From contig CAYPWB010000003.1 of the NCBI GenBank assembly GCA_964414315.1, positions 1-42,377 of the forward strand: a stretch of 42,377 nucleotides of DNA, in the 5' to 3' direction. Source of the stretch: an uncultured Planctomycetaceae bacterium. Its GTDB lineage: Bacteria > Planctomycetota > Planctomycetia > Pirellulales > Thermoguttaceae. The number at the start of each line of letters is the position of its first letter. Position 1 is the first letter of the stretch. A program made the translations under genes and the position numbers. The notes under the pieces are model-generated. The model saw only the letters and a program-made list of their open reading frames with translations, ran no database searches and had not been told where the DNA came from. This document shows, piece after piece, positions 9,015 through 16,752 of the stretch.

Positions 9015-9239
9015 TCATTGCTTTACCGCTTGCTCCGCGCGGCGATAGACTTCTGCGGAGTTCATACCCTTGCCGTCATCGAGCTGCTGAAAGCCAAGGC
9101 GTACTTCTTCCCGCAAGGTCTCGGTCGCCTGTAACAGCCGAAGACCCGCCGCGAGCACATCGCCTTCTGTCAGGAAACGTCTCTCGGCGACCATTCGCTG
9201 CACGAACGGGGCGAAATCAGAAGGGATCTCTGTGTTCAT
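9015..9239 (-). CDS. ParD-type (CC2985/TIGR02606-like) antitoxin, no ParE adjacent
   Basis: ORF 9015-9284 trimmed to ATG 9239. MNTEIPSDFAPFVQRMVAERRFLTEGDVLAAGLRLLQATETLREEVRLGFQQL matches the ribbon-helix-helix ParD pattern (F..FV...V..G.Y.S.SEV.R.GLRLL). Confidence 0.7.
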   Translation of the reverse strand: MNTEIPSDFAPFVQRMVAERRFLTEGDVLAAGLRLLQATETLREEVRLGFQQLDDGKGMNSAEVYRRAEQAVKQ

Positions 9240-9593
9240 GTTGCTCACGTGTCGGTGCGTTGCGATTCGGCACGGTGGGTCCATAGGCCGGCTAGAAACT
9301 GGTTCATTTTTCGGCCAGTCGACGCCGTTTTCACGGAAAGACGATGCCCGAAAGATGGACCGGTCCCCTTACCAGCCGAAAGGGACAGTGCCCCGTAAAC
9401 GGTTAGCATTTCCCGAAGATTCGAGAAACACCCTGCAGTATATCGGTCGCTCGCCCGGCGTCAAGCCGGCCTTGGCCCGTGGGCGACCATCGGCGATGGC
9501 ATCGGCCGGCCGTGCAACTTGCCAATCGGCCCTTCGCATGCTAAGGTCGGCACATTGGAACCCGGTTCCCCTTGATTCATCGGAGACACCCCC

Positions 9594-11192
9594 ATGGAAC
9601 ACCATCGACTCAATCGAGTTCTGACCTCGGCGGCGGCGGCGTGCCTGATGATGGGCCTGCCGGGCTGGGTCCTGGCCCAGCAGGCGGCGGCCGAGAAACC
9701 CAGCATCGTCATTGTCATGGCCGACGACATGGGCTTCTCCGACATCGGCTGCTACGGCAGCGAAATTCGCACGCCGAACCTGGATCGGCTGGCGGAAGGC
9801 GGGCTGCGCTTCTCGCAGTTCTACAATGCGGCTCGTTGCTGCCCCACGCGGGCTGCGCTCTTGACCGGCCTCTACCCGCACCAGGCCGGCGTGGGCGGCA
9901 TGGTCGGGCCGTCGAAGCGTCCCGGCTACCGCGGCCGGCTGACCGACCGGTGTGTAACCATTGCCGAAGTGCTGCGCACGGCAGGCTATCAAACCCTGAT
10001 GAGCGGCAAGTGGCACGTGACCCATTACAACTATACCAACCCGGAACCGACGCTGCACCGCGAATCGTGGCCGCGGCAACGCGGGTTCGACCGATTCTTC
10101 GGCACGCTTGCCGGCGGGGGGAACTACTATGTGCCGCCCGGCCTGATGCGCGACAACGAGTTCATCGAAGCCGACGAGGGACTCTACTACACCGACGCGA
10201 TCAACGACGAGGCGGCGCGGTTCATCGACGAGGCCGAAGACGGTCCGCTGTTCCTTTACGTGGCGCACGTTGCCCCGCATTGGCCGCTCCACGCACTGCC
10301 GGACGACATTGCGCGGTACCAAGGCGTGTACGACATCGGCTGGGACGCCCTGCGCGCCGCGCGTCACGCCCGGTTGATCGACGCGGGGCTGGTTTCGGCC
10401 GAATGGCCGCTGACGCCGCGCGACCGCCGCGTGCCCGCGTGGGACGACGCGCCGCACAAGGCGTGGGAATCGCATCGGATGGCGGTGTACGCCGCGCAAA
10501 TCGACCGCATGGACCAGGGCATCGGGCGGATTGTCGAGGCGCTGCGGCGCACCGGCCGGCTCGACAATACGCTTTTGCTGTTCCTGGCCGACAACGGCGG
10601 CTGCGCCGAGATCATCCAGGGCACGAACACCCGCCACGGCCGGTTCCCCCGCGGCGGCACGCGGCCCGACGTGCTCCCCGGCCCGCCCGATACATACGCC
10701 AGTTACGGCATCGGTTGGGCGAACGCCTCGAATACGCCCTTCCGGCTGTACAAGAAGTGGGCGCACGAAGGCGGTACGGCCACGCCGCTCATTGCCCATT
10801 GGCCGCGCCGGATTACCGACCCCGGCGCAATCCGGCACCAGGTGGGCCACGTGATCGACCTGATGGCCACCTGCGTCGATATCGCCGGCGCCGAGTACCC
10901 AAAGAAGTTCGGCGGCCACGATATTCTTCCGTTGGAGGGCAAGAGCCTCGTGCCCGCGTTCGAAGGGAAGTCGATCGACCGGGACGCACTCTATTGGGAA
11001 CACTTCGGCAATCGGGCCGTTCGCACGGGGCCCTGGAAACTGGCCGCCGAGGCCAAGGGCAAGTGGGAACTCTACCACATCGAAACCGACCGCACCGAGC
11101 TGCACGACCTGGCCGAGGAGCATCCGGAGTTGGTCCAGAAGCTGGCCGCCCTGTGGGACGCCTGGGCCGAGCGGACATTCGTCAAGCGATAA
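9594..11192 (+). CDS. Arylsulfatase (formylglycine-dependent)
   Basis: 532-aa ORF. It has a signal peptide (LTSAAAACLMMGLPGWVLAQQ), the N-terminal stretch PSIVIVMADDMGFSDIGCYGSEIRTPNLDRL and the formylglycine motif ARCCPTRAALLTG. Confidence 0.9.
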   Translation: MEHHRLNRVLTSAAAACLMMGLPGWVLAQQAAAEKPSIVIVMADDMGFSDIGCYGSEIRTPNLDRLAEGGLRFSQFYNAARCCPTRAALLTGLYPHQAGVGGMVGPSKRPGYRGRLTDRCVTIAEVLRTAGYQTLMSGKWHVTHYNYTNPEPTLHRESWPRQRGFDRFFGTLAGGGNYYVPPGLMRDNEFIEADEGLYYTDAINDEAARFIDEAEDGPLFLYVAHVAPHWPLHALPDDIARYQGVYDIGWDALRAARHARLIDAGLVSAEWPLTPRDRRVPAWDDAPHKAWESHRMAVYAAQIDRMDQGIGRIVEALRRTGRLDNTLLLFLADNGGCAEIIQGTNTRHGRFPRGGTRPDVLPGPPDTYASYGIGWANASNTPFRLYKKWAHEGGTATPLIAHWPRRITDPGAIRHQVGHVIDLMATCVDIAGAEYPKKFGGHDILPLEGKSLVPAFEGKSIDRDALYWEHFGNRAVRTGPWKLAAEAKGKWELYHIETDRTELHDLAEEHPELVQKLAALWDAWAERTFVKR

Positions 11193-11290
11193 GACCGACT
11201 GTTTGACGTTCCATCGCGTAACCGTTCATGGGGGCTGCCCCCCTTCGGCCGGCGCGTGAACGGTTGCCCCTCGCGGGCGCCTCGTACGAA

Positions 11291-11328
11291 GCCGGGGGGC
11301 CGGCTGCACGTTGCAGCCGACCCCCGGC
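11291..11328. terminator. GC-rich hairpin between convergent genes (bidirectional terminator candidate)
   Basis: GCCGGGGGGCCGGCTGCA cg TTGCAGCCGACCCCCGGC forms a stem of about 15-16 bp with one bulge. It lies between the sulfatase stop (11192) and the VIT-vWA stop (11356). A second inverted repeat, AACCGTTCA (11220-11228) / TGAACGGTT (11257-11265), precedes it. Confidence 0.45.
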
Positions 11329-11355
11329 GTGCTCCTCAAACTCTGGCGGTCCCGC

Positions 11356-13740
11356 TTACGGCTCGATCAGGTACGCCTCGTCGCCGAGGCTCAGCAGCAC
11401 CGGCTCGTCGAATACGAGGTACTGGGCAATCGTGCGACCGTGGTCGCGGGCCAGCGCGAAGTACTCGTCGCTGAACTGCTTGATGCGCCGGGCATTCTGC
11501 TCCTGGGTTTCGGTTACCCGGGAATCGACCCATTGCTCGCCGCGTCGGTAGAATGTGCGGTTAGCAATCTGTCGGACGGCTTGCCCGGCTTCCTTCAGTT
11601 CCTCGGCGGCGTTGGCCACGTCGGCCGGCGCCCCCGCGACGCCGCCCATCCCGCCGCCTCGGCCGGGTCTTTGGAACCCGGGCTGCGCGGGCGTGCCGGC
11701 GGGGGCACGCATGGCACCGAGTGCGTCGGCCGCCTCGGCCGCAGGCGCGAAGCCTGCGTCGGCCTCGGCCACCTTGGCCCGCTGCAGGTTACCCCGCATC
11801 GACCGCTGCATCACGCCCTCGCGCCCAGCCACCTGGGAGAGAGCCTCCAGCCGGTTGTCGGCGCGGCGCACGTTCGCCGCCACGTCGCGCAGGTCGGTGC
11901 TCTCATCGGCCATGAACGACGTGTATGGGGTCAGCACGCCGTGCCGGGTGGAAAGCTTCACAAGTTCCTCGATCAACTCGTCGTTCTTGCCTTTGAGGTC
12001 CAACTGGTCGAGGATTTCGCCAATGCGGCGCAGCGCCCACAGCTTCTCGGCGAACGCGTGGGTTTCGTCGGAACTGTGCTTGGTGAACTCGGCGGGGAAC
12101 TCGAACTTCTGCGTCTTGCCCGACACCGAGCCCTTCACCACCACCCGGGCCGCGCCCGGCTTGCGGTAGCGGCCGACCACCACAAGCTGCTCCCCGGCAA
12201 ACAAGTCGAACGTGCCCGACGGATAGACGCGATCGACCGGCTCGCCCTCCTCGGTCTTGACTTCGTCGAACTCGTAGGTGAGCTGCACGTCGGTCAACAC
12301 GGGCGATTCGATGCGGCTGTACAGCCTCCCGACCGACTCCTCGATATCCTCCTCGGGGCGAACGTACGCGGTGTAACCGAAGTTTTCGCGGGAAAGCTTT
12401 TCGAGCAAGCGGCTGTTGACGTCGTAGCCCACGCCGAACGAGAAGACGCGGGCACGCACGTTATTGGCTTGCGCGGCGTTCTCGACAATCTTGCTTTCGT
12501 TCGTCTCGCCGCTGGTGGGCAGTCCGTCGGTCAAGAACAGCAGGTAGGTGGGCCGCTTCGAATCCCGGAGTTGTCCCAGCGCCGTACTGAGCGCCCCGTC
12601 GATGTTCGTGGCCCCGCCCGCGTGCATGCTCTCGATGAACCCGAGAGCCGCTTTGCGGGTCTTGTCGTTGTAACGCTCGAGCTCGGGGCGGAAGACCTCG
12701 ATGCGGCTGTCGTACGCCACAATGTTGAACAGGTCGCCTTCGCGAAGGTTGTTGAGCACGAATCGGGCCGCTCCCCGGGCCTGCTCGATCTTCTTGCCGC
12801 TCATGCTGCCCGAACGGTCGACGACGAACATCACCGTCTTCTCGATCTTCTTATCGCCCTTCGCCTTGATCTTGGGACTGGCCAGAAGCAGGAAGTAGCC
12901 GTCCTCGTCCTTGTCGGGTCGGTAGCTGAGCACCCTCGCACTCAGGGGGCCGGCCCCGGTGTCGTACAGCAGGCGGAAGTCGGCCGCGGGCACGGTCTTC
13001 TCGGCCGAGTACGTAACCGTGGCGTGTCGGTCGTCGGGCCGCTTGATCTTAACGTCGTGCGTCGGACTGTAGACGTTCTTGATCTCTTCTTCGCTGGTGA
13101 TGGTGACGCGAACGCTCACCTCTCCGACCGGCTCGGAGGTGTACTTGGCCGTCGACAGTGGGAACAGGAAGTCGGTCAGCCCCTGGTCCTTGCGGCACAA
13201 TTGCGAGTAGCGGAGCGACACGGTACGTTTGGCCCCGGCGGGAACCGGGAACACGCTCGTCTTGAACAGGCCCGTTCCCATCCACTCCAGCAGCGCCGGG
13301 TCCTGGTTCTTCCGCACGATTTCCTCGTACATGCGCCGCGCTTCTTTCGCGTCGAGCAGTTTCGCCGGGAACTCCTTCCCGTCCACCAGCAGCGTCATCT
13401 CCTCGACCGCCCCGTCGTAGGGCAAGGGGAACACAAAGGAGACCTCCAACTGCCGGCTACCGGTGTTCTCGAACGTTTGGCTCACCTGCACCTGAGCGAC
13501 CTGGTCGGCCAGCCGGGCGTTGACCTGCAGCTCGGCAATCCGGTACTGGGCCGGCGGGGGGGTAGGGCGGGGAACCGGGCGAGGAATGGGAGGATGGGGC
13601 GGCGGGTAAATGATAATCGGCGGCCGTGGCAGCCGCACCACCTGCCCCGGATCCTCCACCACGAGGATCCCCTGCGCCGACGCCAACGCCGGAACCAAAA
13701 GCAAAATCGCCAACCCAACAACACTAATCCTGCGAAACAT
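11356..13740 (-). CDS. Secreted VIT domain + von Willebrand factor A domain protein
   Basis: ORF 11356-13755. I prefer ATG 13740 because GGAGG lies 8 nt upstream. It has a signal peptide (MFRRISVVGLAILLLVPALASAQG) and a Pro-rich linker. The VIT-like region is AELQVNARLADQVAQVQVSQTFENTGSRQLEVSFVFPLP. The vWA has an intact MIDAS (VMFVVDRSGSMSG ... LLFLTDGLPTSG). Confidence 0.9.
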   Translation of the reverse strand: MFRRISVVGLAILLLVPALASAQGILVVEDPGQVVRLPRPPIIIYPPPHPPIPRPVPRPTPPPAQYRIAELQVNARLADQVAQVQVSQTFENTGSRQLEVSFVFPLPYDGAVEEMTLLVDGKEFPAKLLDAKEARRMYEEIVRKNQDPALLEWMGTGLFKTSVFPVPAGAKRTVSLRYSQLCRKDQGLTDFLFPLSTAKYTSEPVGEVSVRVTITSEEEIKNVYSPTHDVKIKRPDDRHATVTYSAEKTVPAADFRLLYDTGAGPLSARVLSYRPDKDEDGYFLLLASPKIKAKGDKKIEKTVMFVVDRSGSMSGKKIEQARGAARFVLNNLREGDLFNIVAYDSRIEVFRPELERYNDKTRKAALGFIESMHAGGATNIDGALSTALGQLRDSKRPTYLLFLTDGLPTSGETNESKIVENAAQANNVRARVFSFGVGYDVNSRLLEKLSRENFGYTAYVRPEEDIEESVGRLYSRIESPVLTDVQLTYEFDEVKTEEGEPVDRVYPSGTFDLFAGEQLVVVGRYRKPGAARVVVKGSVSGKTQKFEFPAEFTKHSSDETHAFAEKLWALRRIGEILDQLDLKGKNDELIEELVKLSTRHGVLTPYTSFMADESTDLRDVAANVRRADNRLEALSQVAGREGVMQRSMRGNLQRAKVAEADAGFAPAAEAADALGAMRAPAGTPAQPGFQRPGRGGGMGGVAGAPADVANAAEELKEAGQAVRQIANRTFYRRGEQWVDSRVTETQEQNARRIKQFSDEYFALARDHGRTIAQYLVFDEPVLLSLGDEAYLIEP

Positions 13741-13960
13741 GATTCGGACCTCCATAACGGACCTGGTTTTCCAACCGACCGACCAAGTGTCTTAAGAAGT
13801 ACGACGCATCGGCGCCGGCGAAAGTTCCGGTTTTCGTCGCATCGCCCGTTTCGGGGGTGACGGATGGTCGTCTGAGCCGCGTCAGGACCCTTTCGCAGGA
13901 AAAGATAGCGGTTGTGGGCGAAATGGGCAACGCGATCCAGGGTTCCCCAATCGAGTGAAT

Positions 13961-13988
13961 TTGACCGCCGAACGTTCTCTGTTATGAT
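13961..13988 (+). promoter_or_regulatory. Sigma70-like promoter for the ACT/AAA+ operon (TTGACC-16-TATGAT)
   Basis: TTGACC (13961-13966), a 16-nt spacer and TATGAT (13983-13988), about 90 nt upstream of ATG 14078. That start has a GAAAGGAG Shine-Dalgarno. Confidence 0.35.
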
Positions 13989-14077
13989 CGTGTTAGGAGC
14001 AGTTTCAGTCGGCCCGCCGCCCTGAACGGGGCAGGTGGGGCCCTTTTCGACGTCCCATTTTTGAAAGGAGCTGCAAC

Positions 14078-14533
14078 ATGGAAACGGCCAAGCAACTTTC
14101 CGTCTCGCTGATCAACAAGCCAGGGCGTCTTGCCGACATGCTCAGCATGCTCAACAAGGAGAAGGTTGGGTTCCGGGCGTTGTCGGTGATGGACTCGGGA
14201 GAGCGCGGCAAGGTGCGGTTCGTTCCCGACGACACCAAAGCAGCCGCCGAGGTGTTGCGCAAGGCGAATATCGAGTTCGAGCGAGCTGACGTGTTGCTGG
14301 TCGAGGTGCCGAATCAATCGGGAGGCTTCCGCAAGCTTTGCGAGCGGCTCGCTTCCGACCACTTGAATATCGACTACGCCTACTGCTCCTTCGACCCCGG
14401 CGGAAAAGTGAAGGGGACCGTGCTGGCGGTCATTCGCGTGAATAATCTGGCGAAGGCCCAGCGTGTGCTGAGCGAAAACGGCTCCGGCTCCCGCCGCAAG
14501 CTGCCCCAGCGCCGACCCGTCCACGCTCGATAA
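14078..14533 (+). CDS. Tandem ACT domain protein (small-molecule binding)
   Basis: 151 aa with a strong Shine-Dalgarno. There are two ACT-like halves: LSVSLINKPGRLADMLSMLNKEKVGFRALSV and VLLVEVPNQSGGFRKLCERLASDHLNIDYAY. Confidence 0.8.
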   Translation: METAKQLSVSLINKPGRLADMLSMLNKEKVGFRALSVMDSGERGKVRFVPDDTKAAAEVLRKANIEFERADVLLVEVPNQSGGFRKLCERLASDHLNIDYAYCSFDPGGKVKGTVLAVIRVNNLAKAQRVLSENGSGSRRKLPQRRPVHAR

Positions 14534-14545
14534 ACGGCCACCTGC

Positions 14546-15967
14546 ATGAAGCCCCCAGTTCTCCATTCGACAACACTCAGCGAGCTTCACAAGTCGGGCT
14601 GGCAGTCGAAGCCCGTCAAGCGCGAATTGTACGATAATTTCGTGCGTATGCTGGCCGCCGGCGAGGAGTTGTTTCCGGGCATCATCGGTTACGACGACAC
14701 GGTCATCCCGGAAATCAACCTGGCGATTTTGGCCGGGCACGACATGCTATTCCTGGGCGAGAAGGGGCAGGCCAAGAGCCGGCTGATGCGGCTGCTGGTC
14801 CGTTTCCTCGACGAGTACGTTCCTTACCTCGACCTGCCCGGCTGCCCCGTGCATGAGGATCCGCTACGGCCCATCACGACGATGGGCCGGCGGCTCGTCG
14901 CCGAAACGGCTCCCGAGGAGGTCCCCATCGCCTGGTGGCCGCGCGACGAGCGGTACGCTGAGCGGCTTGCGCCGGGAACGAAGTTCGCCGATGTCATCGG
15001 CGAGATCGACCCGGCCAAGCTGGCCGGCGGAGCCAGCATGTCGGCCGAGGAGGCCCTGCACTTCGGCCTGATCCCTCGCATGCACCGCGGCCTCTTCGCC
15101 GTGAATGAACTGCCGGAACTGGACGAGTTGGTTCAGGTCGGGCTGTTCAATATTCTCGAAGAGCGCGACGTGCAAATTCGCGGCTACCCCATCCGGTTCG
15201 ACATCGATCTGCTGCTGCTCTTCTCGGCCAACCCGGCCACGTACAACCGCTCCGGCAAGGTCATTCCGCAACTGAAAGACCGCATCGGCTCGGTCGTGCA
15301 TACCCATTACCCGCGCGAGCGGCAGTTGGGCATCGAGATCATGGAGCAGGAATCGGGCGTGGAGTTGGGCGGCGATTTCCCGGTCGTGGTGCCGTACTTC
15401 ATGCGCGAGCTGGTCGAGCAGATTAGCGTGGTGGCGCGGCGGAGCAAGTACGTGGACCACCAGTCGGGCGTCAGTGCCCGGCTGAGCATCGCGAATTACC
15501 GCGTCATGGTGGCCTCGGCCCGGCAGCGCGGCGCGCTTTTGGATGAGCGTCCCGCCGTGCCGCGAGTCAGCGACCTGGGGCACCTGTACAGTTCGTCGCT
15601 GGGGAAGCTCGAACTCGACCTGATGAGCAGCCACCAGATGAGTGAGCGCCAGGTGCTCGACGCCATCGTGGCCGAGGCCGTCCGCGACGTGTTCACCGAG
15701 TACGTCGACCGTTTCGGGCTGGAATCCATCGCCGAAATCTTCTCCAAGGGTGTGAAGGTCGAGGTGGGCGACCTGCTCCCCTCGGCCGTCTATGCCGAGC
15801 GGCTGAAGCGCGTTCCGCCGGCCTGGCAGCGTGCGTTCGAAGTGAACGCCTCCGACGACCCCGCCGTACGCGCCTCCTGCGTCGAGTTCGTGCTGGCCGG
15901 GCTGTACGCGTGCGAGATGGTCTCGCGCAGCCAGCAGCACGGGAAGATGGTGTACGAGTTCCGGTAG
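14546..15967 (+). CDS. ChlI/BchI-type (Mg-chelatase-like) AAA+ ATPase with non-canonical Walker A and B
   Basis: 473 aa. By eye it aligns to ChlI through [32 protein letters not shown] and PQLKDRIG. Walker A reads LGEKGQAKS and Walker B reads [10 protein letters not shown]. Confidence 0.85.
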   Translation: MKPPVLHSTTLSELHKSGWQSKPVKRELYDNFVRMLAAGEELFPGIIGYDDTVIPEINLAILAGHDMLFLGEKGQAKSRLMRLLVRFLDEYVPYLDLPGCPVHEDPLRPITTMGRRLVAETAPEEVPIAWWPRDERYAERLAPGTKFADVIGEIDPAKLAGGASMSAEEALHFGLIPRMHRGLFAVNELPELDELVQVGLFNILEERDVQIRGYPIRFDIDLLLLFSANPATYNRSGKVIPQLKDRIGSVVHTHYPRERQLGIEIMEQESGVELGGDFPVVVPYFMRELVEQISVVARRSKYVDHQSGVSARLSIANYRVMVASARQRGALLDERPAVPRVSDLGHLYSSSLGKLELDLMSSHQMSERQVLDAIVAEAVRDVFTEYVDRFGLESIAEIFSKGVKVEVGDLLPSAVYAERLKRVPPAWQRAFEVNASDDPAVRASCVEFVLAGLYACEMVSRSQQHGKMVYEFR

Positions 15968-15984
15968 CAGGGGCCGCGGGGGGA

Positions 15985-15993
15985 TGGTAGAAT
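15985..15993 (+). promoter_or_regulatory. Extended -10-like element TGGTAGAAT upstream of the Uma2 gene
   Basis: TGgTAGAAT lies 21 nt upstream of ATG 16014, inside the 46-nt AAA+/Uma2 spacer. I see no clear -35. Confidence 0.25.
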
Positions 15994-16013
15994 AGCAAAA
16001 GCAGGGTAAGTCA

Positions 16014-16568
16014 ATGAGCATTGCAGCGCACTTCACCATCGAGCAGTACGAGAAGATGATCGCGGCCGGGGTCTTCGACGACCGCGACAACCGGCGCATC
16101 GAACTGTTCCGCGGGGAGATTGTCGAAATGTCGCCCATTGGTGATCGTCATGCTTTGGCCGTGGATCGGCTGGCCCGATGGAGTTTCGAGCAGCTTTCCC
16201 CCGAGCGGGCGTACATTCGCGTGCAGGGACCGCTCCTGTTGGCCGAGCAGGAGAGCCGGCCCGAGCCGGATATCCTATGGCTGACGCCCGGCGACTATGG
16301 CGACGCACCCGTGTCGAACGACGTGTTGCTGCTCATCGAAGTGGCCGACACGACGTGGACTTACGACACGCGAGAAAAGGCGCAACTCTACGCCGAGGCG
16401 GGCATTGCCGACTATTGGGTCGTAAATCTGGCCGACAACCACATGGTGGTCTTCCGCGAGCCCGGGCCGAAAGGCTACGGGAGCCGGCGCGAATACCGCG
16501 GCGGTGAGGAAATCCGCCCGCTTGCCTTCCCCGAGTTGACCATCCGCCCGGATTCGATTACCCGGTAG
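16014..16568 (+). CDS. Uma2 family (DUF820) PD-(D/E)xK restriction-endonuclease-fold protein
   Basis: 184 aa. Family hallmarks are present: FTIEQYEKMIAAGVF, RIELFRGEIVEMSP, PEPDILWL, LLLIEVADTTWTYDTREKAQLYAEAGIADYWVVNL. Confidence 0.85.
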   Translation: MSIAAHFTIEQYEKMIAAGVFDDRDNRRIELFRGEIVEMSPIGDRHALAVDRLARWSFEQLSPERAYIRVQGPLLLAEQESRPEPDILWLTPGDYGDAPVSNDVLLLIEVADTTWTYDTREKAQLYAEAGIADYWVVNLADNHMVVFREPGPKGYGSRREYRGGEEIRPLAFPELTIRPDSITR

Positions 16569-16574
16569 GCGGCA

Positions 16575-16610
16575 GCACCTTGTCGTACACTTCGGTGAGC
16601 TTCAAGGTGC
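16575..16610 (+). promoter_or_regulatory. Hairpin GCACCTTG...CAAGGTGC directly after the Uma2 stop; its 3-prime arm is repeated at the vWA start codon
   Basis: An 8-bp stem (16575-16582 / 16603-16610) encloses a CAC-TTCG-GTG mini-hairpin. CAAGGTGC recurs at 16741-16748, 4 nt before ATG 16753. Confidence 0.3.
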
Positions 16611-16752
16611 ATCCGACGGAAGGCAACGCCCTTTTCCCTTCCCTTTTGCCCCATTTGCGCGTAGCTTTACATAAGAGGTGCACCCGTTCCACCATCTCGG
16701 CGTCGGGCGGGCTGCGCCGGGCAAAAAGTTGTCGGAACCTCAAGGTGCCACC

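Noticed and set aside
9369-11123. Long antisense ORFs. These include the 584-aa ORF 9369-11123 on the minus strand, and also 3809-5368 (+), 6752-8401 (+), 11311-13860 (+), 22534-24609 (+), 25744-28335 (+), 33430-34797 (+), 34839-35957 (+) and 30742-31845 (-).
   Set aside because: Each lies opposite a gene with clear family motifs. Each has Arg/Gly/Ala/Pro/Val-dominated composition with no motifs. These are typical shadow ORFs of high-GC DNA, where stop codons are rare in the antisense frames.
11220-11265. AACCGTTCA as a dispersed repeat (11220, inverted at 11257, and 20462), and GCGTGAAC (8984, 11257, plus reverse-complement copies at 28203 and 33418).
   Set aside because: These are short words with counts only slightly above chance for an 85-kb two-strand search space. 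The flanks do not align, apart from the 31-nt element already reported.
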